A stretch of DNA of 64,000 nt, taken from positions 103,791,617 through 103,855,616 of the forward strand of contig NC_068981.1 in the NCBI RefSeq assembly GCF_001194135.2, read 5' to 3'. This document shows positions 38,790 through 51,732 of this stretch, piece by piece; the first letter of the stretch is position 1, and each line of letters starts with the position of its first letter. The position numbers and the translations under genes were made by a program. This DNA is from Octopus bimaculoides. Its lineage: Eukaryota. The notes under the pieces were generated by a model. It did not search any database. It was not told the origin of the DNA and saw only the letters and a list, made by a program, of their open reading frames with translations.

Positions 38790-39655
38790 CTATATTTGAA
38801 CTCAGAATGGAAAGAGCTTGAAAAAATACTACAAAGCCTCCTATCTGGTGCCTTAACAATCCCATCAGCCCACTGCCCTAGGCTGGTGCTTTATTCATTA
38901 ACCCCAGTATGATAAAAGGCAAAGCTGACTTTAGTAGGATTTGACCTTAGACTGCAAGAAGCTGAAATAAATTCCACAAGGCATTTTGTCCAATGCTCTA
39001 CCATTTCTGGTTATTTGCCCCCTAATTATGTAATATTGGTTTCGAATTTTGACACAAGGCTAGAGGTTTTGGGAGGGAGTAAGTTGATTACATTGACCCC
39101 AGTATTCAACTGATACTCATTTTATCATCTCCGGAAGGATGAAAAGCAAAGTTGATCCCAGTGGAATTTGAACTCTGAATGTGAAGACAGATTCTGCCTG
39201 CTCGCTGCCTTACTTGTTGTAGCAATAACAATGTTTATTTCTAACATAGAAACTAGACCTCAAATGTAATGGGATGATATAATGAAATATACTTAATTTC
39301 AGTACTTAATTTTATCAACCCCTGAAGGATGAAAGGCAGAGTGTTACCTTTGCAGAATTTCAACTCAGGACCTAACAAAATACTACCAAGGCATTTTGTC
39401 CACTATTCTACTGTTTCTGCATCCCCTATTCCCTAGTGATAATAATAGGAGTTAAGATTTCTTACACAAGGCCACAAATTTTAGAGAGTGTCAACTAGTC
39501 CAATGTTTCATTGTTATCTGTTTTATTAACCCCAGAAAGATAAAAGAGAAAATTAACCTCAGCAGAATTTGAACTCAGTACATGAAGAGACGTAACTAAA
39601 TATCACAAAGTATTTATCATATTACTCTTAAGGATCCTGCTAATCCACCACCTTC
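38790..39655 (-). mobile_element. Five head-to-tail decayed copies of SINE family E
   Basis: atttga(a/c)ct motif at about 38795, 38940, 39167, 39357 and 39568, mostly preceded by a g(g)at(g/a)aaa(a/g) box. Confidence 0.7.
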
Positions 39656-40879
39656 TGCCAAGAATAAATGAATAAAAAATTAAACAAAAACAAAAAAAAA
39701 GAAATGAATACCCATAGTTACTTTGAAATTCTTTAAATGTCAGTTTGTCTTAATGGCTGTTAAAAGCTAGTAATGTCCATTTTTCATTAAAGCTTACTTC
39801 CAGCTGCAAAAACAGTTTACTCAAATGTCTGTTTTCGTTTTTGGAACCTACAATCTGTGTATTTAGTTCTTCAAGTCAAACTGTTGGCATGTAAACACAC
39901 AATTCTTACCTCCACCCTGCTATTCCTTTCTCATGTTGTTCTTTGTCTTCCTGCTTCTTTCATTGATTCTATTGTTGTTATTGATGCTCTGGTTTTTTTT
40001 TGTTTTTTTTTATTTTCCCCATTTTTATTTTATTTTGTTTTTTTTATATATATTTCTATTTTCCTTTTTTTTTGTTTTTTATATTTTCATTTTTTTCTTC
40101 ATCCTCTTCATTTACTTCTATTTCATTTTCATCTTTCATTTTCTTTATTTTTTTTTTGTTTTATTTTATTGCTTTCTTCTTTCTCAATTATTGTGTAGCC
40201 TAAAGGCAGCCTGATCAAGCAGACTTTGACATGTAAGTAGTCAGTCAAAAACCTAGATTTGATTCAAAGATGCACTGTTCCAGACACACCATATATTTGC
40301 CTGATTAAGGATCTCACTGCATGCTCCAACATACAGTGGTTTAACTCTTTTACTCCCATTGTCCAGTTTGTTTCCATGTGCCTGTTAATGTCTCATCCTA
40401 GTCTAGTCCTTACTAAGAAGGCCTAAAATCAAAGACATTTCAGACCATTGTTTTTCATACAGTTTATTTTAGACTATATTGTCCAGTGAATCCCTTTCTT
40501 GTATTTTATATCAGAAGAGTATGATTTTAGGGAAATTTAGCTGCTACTTCTAGCTATTTGAATGACCTTCTAGAGGCTCTCTTGTTAGCTTGTAATTTCT
40601 GCTGGTGTCCATACCAAGAATGTGTGATGTCAGCACCTTTGTTTCCCTCTTCACCTATGTTTTGGTTTTGTGTAGCACTTTGGGCAAGTGTTTTCTTTGG
40701 GCAAGTGCATCAACTACATCTACTGCCCAATCTGATAGAATTCTAGCAAAACTGTGTAGCAACAGATCGCCAGCAATTGCTTCATCAAAAATTGCCATCC
40801 TAGCTCCTGTGAAAAGGGATTACCCTGCTATGTATAATCAGGGCAGCACAAAAAGTTGTTTTGCACAAGCATTTGTATA

Positions 40880-41100
40880 ACCAATTAAACGGATGAAATT
40901 TACGTACGTTTAATAATGTTACGCAAAACAGCCTTCAGAATTTCCCTATTAATTTCATCGTCTTTTAAATTATGAACATATTTACATCATAAAGGATTTT
41001 TCGTTCTAAGGCTTTCTTTTTTAGTTGATTTTCACCTAGCAAGACTTATAGTAGATGGCGTAATAAGTCACACCCGGACAACGTCCGGTTATACTGCTAG
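40880..41100 (+). mobile_element. Helitron-type 3' terminus
   Basis: Hairpin CCGGAC-AAC-GTCCGG (41074-41088) followed by CTAG|T at 41097-41101. The 5' TC end was not located. Confidence 0.65.
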
Positions 41101-41159
41101 TATATAATATGTATTAGATATATATATATATGTATATAATATTTGTTTTTTGTTCCTCT

Positions 41160-42330
41160 GTAGTTTCAGCTCAGAGCTGCGGCCATGCTGTTGCACCGCT
41201 GTTTTGCTACACTGTTATTACTGAGAGCCTCCTACTATATGTGGAACTTCGTGAAGAATGGAGTTTGATGTAGCTACCCTCATTTGCACCTCTTTCTGTG
41301 AGATAGGTTCATCTGGGACTCTCGACAGGAAGAGGTCCAGCCTTGATTTAAAAACGCCTACAACTACTCAGGCTCTTTGAGAGAATATTAAAAAGCTGTG
41401 GGCCCTTGAAACCCAGGCTGTTGCAGTAACTGCTCCTGAAGCATGATAGCATTGCTGGGATCTTTGGCACTATGCAGTGTTGACATCTGCTGGTATTGGT
41501 GTAGCTTTCAATGCCAAAATTGGGCACAATTCCTTCCAGGATCTTCCAGATGTATATTACTGCATACCTCTCCCGCCTTCGCTCCTGGGAGTAGAGTCTT
41601 AGCTGTTTCAGCCTTTCCCAGTAGCTGAGCAGTTGCAAAGAGACGATCTTCTTTGTGAATCTTTGCTGGATTGCTTAAATGTCCGCTGAGGATGAATGTC
41701 CTCCATAGGACCATCATGGTTTCCTTATCTCTCCTTCTGAATGTTCCCAGGATCCAGCCAGCCAGTCGACTGCACTTTGTCTCCATCCTGGTAATGTGCA
41801 CTTGGAAAGAGGTATCAGCATGAGTGATGATGCCTCTTTCCAAGTGCACATTAAAGAGGTCACTCATGCTGGTACCCAGGTCCCTCACTGATTTAGGCTC
41901 TGGGATTGTAACTCCCTGTGGACTAGTGTACCCTGTAAGCTGCATATTTAGTTTTGGACACTGGTAGCACAGGGTTTGGAATTTTTCAGCATTAAACTGC
42001 ATTTTATCTTCAGCCCATCTGTAAATTGAGTCCAACTCCTGCTACAGATGTGCAACATGACTGGGGTTCTGTATTTTTTCTGTGAGACTTTTGTATCGTC
42101 TGTGTAGCTAGCAAAGGTGGCTGTGGAAAGCAGTGGTCCCAAGACAGTGCCCTGTGGAACACTGCTCACTATTTGTGTTTTCATTGAGGTGGCTTCATCG
42201 GCCTCTACTGCCTGACTCCTATCTTTCAGAAAGTCATGTAACCCACTTTCCATAATTTGTTTTTGTTGTTTATCTTCTGGTTGCTTCTTACTGAGCTGAC
42301 TTATGATCATTTTGGCATTCCATTCCAGCT
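41160..42330 (-). mobile_element. CR1-group LINE: RT C-terminal half and 3'UTR, disrupted
   Basis: SSVPQGTVLGPLL, YTDDTKV, W..KMQFNAEKF, SVRDLG, LSYWERLKQLRLYSQERRRERYAVIYIWKILEGIVPN. Confidence 0.85.
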
Positions 42331-43141
42331 ATGACAATGCTATTTTTTTTAGGGTATGTATGTTTTTTTTTAGAGACTAAATTATCTAGTATGTTATGCC
42401 CTTATTTAAGCTGGTAGAGTGTATAATTTTTAGTTATTTTTAGTAGGTCTAGCGACTTCATAGGTTCATTGTTATTAACTCCTTATTGCTATGAATACAT
42501 CTTAGTGCTAGTGACAGAACCCTACAGGAAGATTTGGTTGCTATTTCTGGTAGGTCTAGTGACCATATAGGTTCATTATCATTAACTCATCGTTGCCATG
42601 AGTACATCACTGTGTGAGTGACAGAACCAAACACCCGCTAGTTTAGCCCTTCTTGTTTATTTCTTTTTGACTGTTTCAACCTCCTGTTGGAATTGAACTC
42701 CTGTTTGCAGGACAGCTTCTACTTCCCATAACTGGCAACATATTGATTTTACAACTTTTGATATCGAAGTGAGGAATCACCAAAGTGTGTCAGCTGAATT
42801 GGTCAAGTGATCAGCATCCTCTGGCCTGGCTCACTGACCAGCTGGTTAATTCTGTTGTGGGGAGGAAGAAGCATCTGCTGTCAGTTAACTATTCCACTTT
42901 TCACTACTGCCACGCTAGATTGGGAAGCTACTGCAACGGAAACTTGTCATTGTGCAAGAGTGGTAGCGGGAATGGGAGAGCATTAGTTTCGCAGTCTTGG
43001 ACGCTCTTGTTAGTGGTGAACAGTGTGACTAACATTCACTGAGAAGTTAATTTTAGAATTAGAACTTCACATAGTCACCAAATACTGAAACAGCCAACCT
43101 GTTGTTTCACAGGTGAAAGAGTAGCCACAAATTTATTTCAT

Positions 43142-43174
<33 letters not shown>

Positions 43175-44159
43175 GTCCTCCCCACCTCTCTTGCAACAGT
43201 TACTGCAGTTTTCTTAAATTACTCTGCATTGCCTTTTCTCTGCTCATAAATATTCTACAATATATTTCTGCACATGATTACACACTTATCTACTGTTGTT
43301 AAATATATGCCTACATATGTATGTTTACGTGCATACACAAGAGAGAGAGAGAGAGAGTGTGTGTGTGTGAAGACATTACAAGCACTTTTTAAAAAAATTT
43401 TCACATGATATAGATATGTATTTTGATACTGATGTACATTAAGAATTTCTTCACAAAAGTTTTCTTTTAAATAAATTTCTCTCTCTCTTTCTTTGTCTTT
43501 ATCAATCTGTCTGTCTGTCTGTCTTTCAGTTTTCCATACATCTGTCATTGCATGTGTATATGTGTGTCTACTTTTGTGTGAGCATATCTATGTATTTAAC
43601 ATACATACATTCACTGACATGTATCCTATCCCTTTCTTTTGTTTAGAAAATATCTTATCATCATGTATACTTCCTCCTCTTATTATTGTTATAGATATGG
43701 GTTTTAATAAGTCATTTACCACCCAGTCCACCTGGACTGTAAATAGGTTCTCAACCAATATAAAGTAGCAGTAAAATTGAGAAACTAATGATTAGTTTGG
43801 TAGCTTATAGAGTTGAGTTCAACTCTTCTTGTACTTTCAGCCTGGAAAGTTATCGACTCCAATTCTGGCTTGTTCTAGGTACAATACATGAAGACAAAAT
43901 CTTTATTAGTGTCTCTGTTAAGGTGAAAAGAGCTTAGTAGTACTTACCATTTGGAACTCACTGAATTCCCTAGATGACATTCAGTACCCATTCATCTTCT
44001 AATTTATTTCATATCTGACCATGTTGACAGCTGTGAGATCTGACCAGAACCATTTCTTGATTGATAACTGCAAGATAGATTTGCATCTTATTTGCCAAGT
44101 TTTTTTTTTTCTCATCCAGTTGTCTTTCCAACATAGCATCTGTAGTTCTGGGTGGCAGC

Positions 44160-44965
44160 GCTAAGCAGTGATGTGTATAAATGCAATGTTATTACCAGTT
44201 CAAATATACTTGGGTCATATTCGAACCAGTAAGAAAGCCATTCATTGTGTTAAGTCACAAAGAAAATTTCTCACTGTAGACAAATGGTGTGCATACACCA
44301 AAATCAGCTTGCAGTGCCACCTCCCCAGACAGTGAGATGTAAACATTTTGGAGTGGTTATCTCCTTTTCGGTCGCAGAAACCAAAGTGGGTGCACTGCGA
44401 GCTGATAAGAGAGGTTGCCTCTGTTATGATATTCCTGTCATTGTACAGTGACAGGTAGTGCTAATCAGCAGCTCATCTTCAACAAATTATAAGGTATAGA
44501 CACTAAGCAGTGTGTATAAATACAAAGTTATTACCATTTCAAATATGCTTGGAGCATATTCAAAACCGTAAACAAACCATTCACTTTATCATGGAGAAAA
44601 TTTATCTTGGAGAAAATTTATCTTGGAGAAAATTTATCTTGGAGAAAATTTATCTTGGAGAAAATTTATCTTGGAGAAAATTTCTCGTAGACAAATGGTG
44701 TAAATACCCCTAAAAGTAGCTGCCAATTAGCACTATCAGTCATTGTATGATGATGGGAATATTGTAAGAGAAACAATCAGCTTGCAGTGCACCTTGTTCG
44801 GTTTCTGTAACTGAAAAGGAGATAACCACTCTAAAATGAGTAGGTGGTGCTGCAATCTGTCTACAGTGAGAAATTTTCTCCATGGCAAAACAGTGAATGG
44901 CTTTCTTGCAGGTTCAAATATTCCCCAAGCATATTTGAACTGGCAATAACCTTGTATCTATATTT
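44160..44965. repeat. Complex foldback element with an internal 16-bp tandem array
   Basis: A-B-A'-rcB-rcA layout; (ATCTTGGAGAAAATTT)x5-6 at about 44590-44685. Confidence 0.75.
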
Positions 44966-45444
44966 CTCTGATTTGGTATAGACAAAAACTGCATATTATC
45001 TAATAAAGCTATGTTTTGAATAATGTTTGCTGTGACATTTTTTTTTGTACCACTTAATTGTTAAATAATTAGCTGCAGGGCTGTGCATAAAATATTAATT
45101 CTTGCAGCAGTTAGAGACTGCAGACTGCCTCATCTATTTTGTCAATGCCTAATTCCATAGAATTGAGCTATAGAACACTTTTTAATGGATTGACTTTCTT
45201 TAATTACAAAAGACTGGGTTTATACAATGTTTATGAAAACTTTCGTAATTTATAAGTTCAAACAAGGAGGAAAACAATCAGCCACAAATCGACATTTTTA
45301 TTGGATGGTTTAAGATTAAATTGGGATTTCTGTAATTTCTTTACTCTCTACTATGTTACTCAATTTGGGATAATATCTTTCTGCACAAGCAAGTCATCCT
45401 GATGCTTTCATCATCACAATACCTAAAGTTGAAATGTGGACTGA

Positions 45445-45900
45445 CAAATGGTTATGTAATTAAGAAGTTTGCTTCCCAACCACATGGTTATAGGTTCAGT
45501 CCTACTGTGTGGCACCTTGGGCAAGTGTCTTCTACTATAGCCTTGGGCTGAGTGGATTTCGTAGATAGAAATTAAAAGAAATGCATCTCGTGTGTGTCTG
45601 CATATGTGCATGCATGTGTGTCTGCATGTGTGTGTGTGGAGTGGATGGCAGTTATTGTGTCCTTGCCATGACATAGCATGATAGTTATATACAAGTGTTT
45701 CTGTTATACAAGCAGTATCTTTCATTTCCATTCTTCTGTGAAAACATATCTCGTTATGGGGGAAATATTACCTTACTTGGAAACAACTAAGAGTTGACAA
45801 TATGAAGGACATCCAACCATAGAAAATCTGCCTCAACAAATTCTCTCCAACCCTTACATGCATAGAAAAGTAGAATTCGACGATGATGATATTGATGATG
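45445..45900 (+). mobile_element. SINE with family A head and RTE-type tail
   Basis: Colinear with the reverse complement of 17548-17995. Confidence 0.65.
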
Positions 45901-46046
45901 GGTTAAAACTTTCTCTTCTCTTCTTTTTTTTTTTTTATTTACTTCCCCCACAAAACACACCAAGGATCAAACTAAGATAGAGAGAGAAATTACTGAAATC
46001 TAGATTAAGAACATTTATTTCCTGTTCTGGTGTCAGGACACACACA

Positions 46047-46420
46047 TCATCATCATCATCATCGTTTAACGTCCGTTTTCCATGCTAGCATGGGTTGGAC
46101 GATTTGACTGAGGACTGGTGAAACCAGATGGCTACACCAGGCTCCAATCTGATTTGGCAGAGTTTCTACAGCTGGATTCCCTTCCTAATGCCAACCACTC
46201 TGAGAGTGTAGTGGGTGCCTTTACGTGCCACCGGCACGGATGCCAGTCAGGCGACACTGGCAATGGCCACTCTCAAAATGGTGTATTTTACGTGCCACCC
46301 GCACAAGAGCCAGTCCAGGGGCACTGGCAACGATCTCACTCGAAAGTCCTTACACATGCCAAGGGCACAACTGCCAGAAAGGCGACGCTGGGCACCAACA
46401 TAAATTACTGGAAAGCTATC
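46047..46420 (-). mobile_element. Young RTE 3'UTR fragment
   Basis: catcatcatcgtttaacgtccgttttccatgctagcatgggttggacg, CpG-retaining. An opposite-orientation tail lies at 46560-46840. Confidence 0.75.
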
Positions 46421-46844
46421 CAGCCATTAAAAAAAATCGGAGCCTAAGCAGTCGTTCTCAACCAACTTTTACCTATGGACTCTTTGATTCCGACTTAACT
46501 CAGGTGAACCCTCATAACCAATGTTTAAAAATTCCTATTATTTTTTGTTTTCATAAATAAATATGTTAGGAATGTTAAAATATTTTGTGTTTTATAAAAG
46601 CATCCAGCCCACACTGTGAAGTGGCACTGTGAAGGGCATCCAGCTGTAAAAACCATGCCAAAACTGACCTCGCCATGCGGCGTCATATAGCGGTTGGTGC
46701 TAGGATAAGCATCCAGCCATAAAAATAACCATGCCAAAACAAACACAGAAGCATGGTGCAGGTTCCCACCTGGCCAGCTCCTATCAAACCATCCAAACCA
46801 TATCAGCATGGAAAGAGGATGTTAAACAATGATGATGACAAGAA

Positions 46845-47220
46845 GTTGTTGTTGTTGGCACTCCGTCACTTACGATGTCGTGGGTTCCAGTTGATCCAAT
46901 CAATGGAACAGCCTACTTGTGAAATTAACGTGCAAGTGGCTGAGCACTCCACAGACGGGATATTCAGCGGGGATATTCAGCGTGACACAGTGTGACAAGG
47001 CTCGCCCTTTGAATTACAGGTACAACAGAAACAGGAAGAAAGAGTGAGAGAAAGTTGTGGTGAAAGAGTACAGCAGGGTTCACCACCATCCCCTGCCGGA
47101 GCCTCGTGGAGCTTTAGGTGTTTTCGCTCAATAAACACTCACAACACCCGGTCTGGGAATCGAAACCATGATCCTATGACTGTGTGTCCGCTGCCCTAAC
47201 CACTGGGCCATTGCGCCTCC
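46845..47220 (-). mobile_element. Young tRNA-derived SINE with (AAC)n tail
   Basis: Reverse strand reads ggcgcaatggcccagtggttagggcagcggac...ggtttcgattcccagaccggg ... gccaacaacaacaac. Confidence 0.8.
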
Positions 47221-47519
47221 TGACAAGAAGTATAACCAGTTTATTGCGCATAAATTTTAACAAAATCTTATATGGACCCCGCTTGAGAACCACTAGCTTA
47301 AAACTTAGGTGGGAAACCTGAAACCTCCCTAAATATGTCAATGGATTCAACACATAGCACTTTTGATGATCCAGTGAGAGCTGAAGTGTCAAAGTATGTG
47401 CAAGGCGTCTGCATTGGAAACAGTTTCGAACCAGACAAGTGTGATGTAAGGGGGTAATGGTGTGAAATGATGATGGTGGCGGGGGGAGATAATATTGATA
47501 TTAATGATGATTATAACTG

Positions 47520-47673
47520 TGTGTGTATGCATGTGTATGTGTGTATATGTGCATGTGTGTTTATATATATATGTGTGTGTGTATGTGTATACGTGTGTGT
47601 ACATACACTTGTGTGTGCTTATGTATGTGTATATATATGTGTATGTATGTATGTATATATATATGTGCATGTG

Positions 47674-47716
<43 letters not shown>

Positions 47717-47866
47717 ATATATATGTATGTGTATATATATGTATGTGTGTATATATATGTATGTGTGTATATATGTGCATGTGTATATATATATGTGTAT
47801 ATGTATATATGTACGTGTATATATATGTGTTTGTGTATACATGCATACATGTGTGTGTGTGTATGC

Positions 47867-47954
<88 letters not shown>

Positions 47955-47995
47955 ATTTGTGTGTGTGTGTGTGTATGTACACGTATATATATGAA
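47520..47995. repeat. Compound (AT)/(GT) microsatellite
   Basis: Direct inspection. Confidence 0.95.
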
Positions 47996-49012
47996 TGTCT
48001 TCTTGCTGTTAGTAATGTGTCAATAAGTTTTACTTTTTTATTTTTAGCTTAGTGAGTTGTAACTCATTATTATAAGCATCTTGTTTTGGAAGACAGAACT
48101 CTCGTTTTCTTTTTTTTCTTTTGCCTAAAGATATAGAATCAAATAGTATACAACAAATAGAAAATTATTTAATATGAAGAATTGATAAAAGAGTTCATAG
48201 TGAAAAGAAAAGAAAAGAGAGAGAAAGATAAAGAAAGGAAAAGATTCTTGAAATGTGTGAATAAATTTGAAGAACTTTCTGAGGCAGAACTGTGAAAATT
48301 GTTTTTCATAACAGAACTACCTAGCAAATATTTTTATATGATTTTGTTTTGGTTAAAAAAATAAATGCATAAATAAATAAACAAATAGATAAATAAAATG
48401 AAAAAAGAATAAAATAAATATAAAGAAAACCTAAAAGAACATAAAGCTGAATAAATAAGATGATTGGATATTGAAATACGAAGTGACAATAACACCTTAA
48501 AGATGCAAAACTTTAAATACGCACTACTCATTCTCTTTCTCTCTCACACACACACACACACACGTATATCAGTAGAATAAATACTATTTTATTTTTGTTA
48601 TTTATTTTACTCAGTGTACATGTTTGTATATAAATATTCAAGTTGTGTACTATAACGTATGCTTATATACAAGTACATCTGTGTGTGTATGTGTGTGTGA
48701 ATGCTTTTGTGTTGTGCATGCATGTTTCAATGTGTTTAGATTTGAACGATGATGCCTGTACTGGTCTATGAATGTTTATATGTGTGATATGTGTGTGAGT
48801 AGACATGTATTTGTGGGTGTGTGTATGTGAATGATTATGTATTAACAGTTTTGTTATCACCAGAGTTTTTGTGTGTGTATCTTTCTATGTCAGTGTGTGT
48901 GTGTATTTATGTGTGTGGTCATTATAATTGATATATGTGTAAATATTACTGCAGATTGGATATTGAAAGAAAATCCCAGTAAATAAGGAAAGCAAAATAA
49001 GTGAATACACAC

Positions 49013-49055
<43 letters not shown>

Positions 49056-49322
49056 GGCTAACCATTGAGACTCACATGTATTGTTTTATTATAAAGCACA
49101 CACACAAAAACACACGTGTGCACATAGAAAACCAAGAAAATGGTTGATGAGGATAAAGAATTTATAACATAAATATAGCTATAGATATAAACATTATTGC
49201 TTTGTTCAGCTCAGTTGATATACTGGGTTAAATTCAGTTGTGAGTGATGCTGTTGAAGTATTATTAACTCTAAAAACAACCAAAACATTTTCTCAGTACC
49301 TGTCTGCCTGTCTGCCTGCCTG

Positions 49323-49361
<39 letters not shown>

Positions 49362-49877
49362 CATGTATATGAGGTTAAGGAGTTTGCATCACAGTCATGT
49401 GATTTTTGACAGTCATGTGGTACCTCAAGCAAGTGGCTTCTACTATAACCTTAGATTGAACAATGCCCAGCAAGTGAAATTTGAAAGATGGAAACTGTAC
49501 AGAAGCTTTATTTTGTGTGCGTGTCTTTGTGTGATTGTTTGACTCTGTGTATTTTCATACTGGTTTCAAAATTTGGCTTGAAGCCGACAATTTCAGGGGC
49601 AGGGGTTAAGTTGATTACATCAAGCCCAGGTGTTCAACTGGTACTTATTTTACTGACTCCAAAAGGATGAAAGGCAAAGTTGACCTCAATGAAATTTAAA
49701 CTTAGAATATAGAGAGTGACGAAAAACCACTAAGCATTTTGCCTGGCGTGCTCATGATCCTGTCAGCTTGCCACCTTATGTGTATCTTCATATCGACATC
49801 TTTCTTCTTGAGGCGAAAATGTTTATATCTATCGTAAACAAAGTTCAGTACCTTAGTAGTTTGTGTAAATTCTAGGT

Positions 49878-50290
49878 GCAGGCATGGTTGCGTGGTAAGA
49901 AGCTTGCTTTCCAGCCACATGGTTCCAGGTTCAGTCCCACTGCATAACACCTTGGTCAAGTGTCTTCTACTATAGCCTCTGGCTAACCAAAGCCTTGTGA
50001 ATGGATTTATAGTCAGAAACTGAAAGTCTGTTGTCTGTATATATCTGTGTGTGTGTGTGTCTCTGTCAGTGTTTGTCCCACACCACTGTTTGACAACCAG
50101 TGTTGGTGTGTTTATGTTCCCATAACTTAGCAGGATCAATAAAATAAATACTAGGCTTAAAAGAGACCAAAAGATAAGTACTAAACTTAAGAAAATAACA
50201 CCAGAAGTTAATTTGTTTGACTATAACCCTTCAAAGCAGTGCTCTGACATGGCCAGTCAAATGATGGAAACAAGTAAAAGCTAAAAGATA
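49878..50290 (+). mobile_element. SINE family A (inverted partner at 51215-51480)
   Basis: Head, body and tail as at 10010. Confidence 0.75.
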
Positions 50291-50571
50291 AAATAAAATA
50301 CTTTACTTGTAAGAACAAGAGTTGGTACCAGAAACGGTGTCTAGCCATAGGATACTGTCTAAACAGATCTCAGCCAACAAAAATGGATATAAAAGCGTTA
50401 GGGATGCAGGCAGAATCATTTACTGTGGTGGACAAAATACTGAGCAGAATTTCTTCCAGCTGTTGACATTCTGAATTCAAATACAGTTGAGGTCAACTTT
50501 TCCTTTCATACTTTCAGGGTCATTTAAATAAAGTACCATTCAAGTACCGAAGTGGATGTAATCAACTGCCC

Positions 50572-50945
50572 CATCATCATCATAATTTAATGTCCTTTGT
50601 CCATGCTGGCATGGGTTGGAAACTGACCAGAGCTGGCAAGCTGAGGAGCTGCACCAGATTCCAGTCTGATTTAGCATGATTTCTATGGCTAGATACCCTT
50701 CCTAACACCAATCATTTTGCAGAGTGTACTGGGTGTTTTTATGTGGCACTGTATGGGCGTCGCATGGGCACTTTTACATGGCACTGTATGGGTGCTTTTA
50801 CGTGATGCTGCATGGGTGCTTTTACATGTTGCCACATGGGCACTTTTACATGTTGCTGCAAAGGGACTTTTATGTGGCACTGCAAGAGTGCTTTTACATA
50901 ACACCACATGGGCACTTTATCATGGCACCGCCATGAGTACATTAC
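50572..50945 (-). mobile_element. RTE 3'UTR with a 24-bp minisatellite
   Basis: (TCA)n tail; about 8 units of gggtgcttttacatggcactgcat-like sequence. Confidence 0.7.
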
Positions 50946-51698
50946 CCCACCAGAAGGATCAGTCTTTACACTTCTGCTGCATGTTCCAGAATTAGAAAGG
51001 ATGGATTACGATGATGATATCAGACTCAGTCAAGTGATTTAATGGTTTTAAACAGATTTAGTGAGACAGAATTTTAGATAGTGTTTATATTATTAGTTAG
51101 GTCTGTGCTCATCTTCCACTTGCTGTGCCTTATGTTACTCTTTATTCATTTGTAGGTTATAAAATGTACCTCCAATACTTATGGCCTAGATTTTCAGCCT
51201 GCTACTTATTCTATTGATCTCTTTCATCAAGCCACTAAGTTATGGGGACTTGAATACACCAACACTGGTTGTCAAACGGTGGTTGGGGGACAAATACACA
51301 CACACGCAGATACACGATAGGCTTCTTTTCAGTTTCCGTCTACCAAATCCACTCACAAAGCTTTGGTTGGCCAGAGACTACAGTAAAAGACTCTTGCCCT
51401 AGGTGCCATGCAATGGAACCAAACTTGGAACCATTTAGTTGGGAAGCAAGCTTCTTACCACAAGCCATGCCTGTATCTACCCACTGCCACACGCACACAC
51501 ACACACACACACATTTGCTTTGTATGACATCTTTGAGATTCTGTCATTGCTTTCTATTTCTTTAGACATTATTGTTGTCAAGGTTATAATCAATCTATAA
51601 TTATGTATTGAACACTTTCAATGAAAAATATTTTGTTTTCAGATAAATCGAGATGTGTATTGTGAAGCACAATATGCGACTGTTATTCTCCTATGTAT

Positions 51699-51732
<34 letters not shown>

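Noticed and set aside
43760-44150. Protein-like - strand frame (DAMLERQLDEKKKNLANKMQIYLAVINQEMV...) with gtaagt and cag signals
   Set aside because: About six stops in about 130 codons is not clearly below chance for AT-rich DNA, and the implied intron is only 33 nt.
47160-47220. tRNA-like A and B boxes here and at other SINE heads
   Set aside because: No complete cloverleaf, and each continues into a SINE body.
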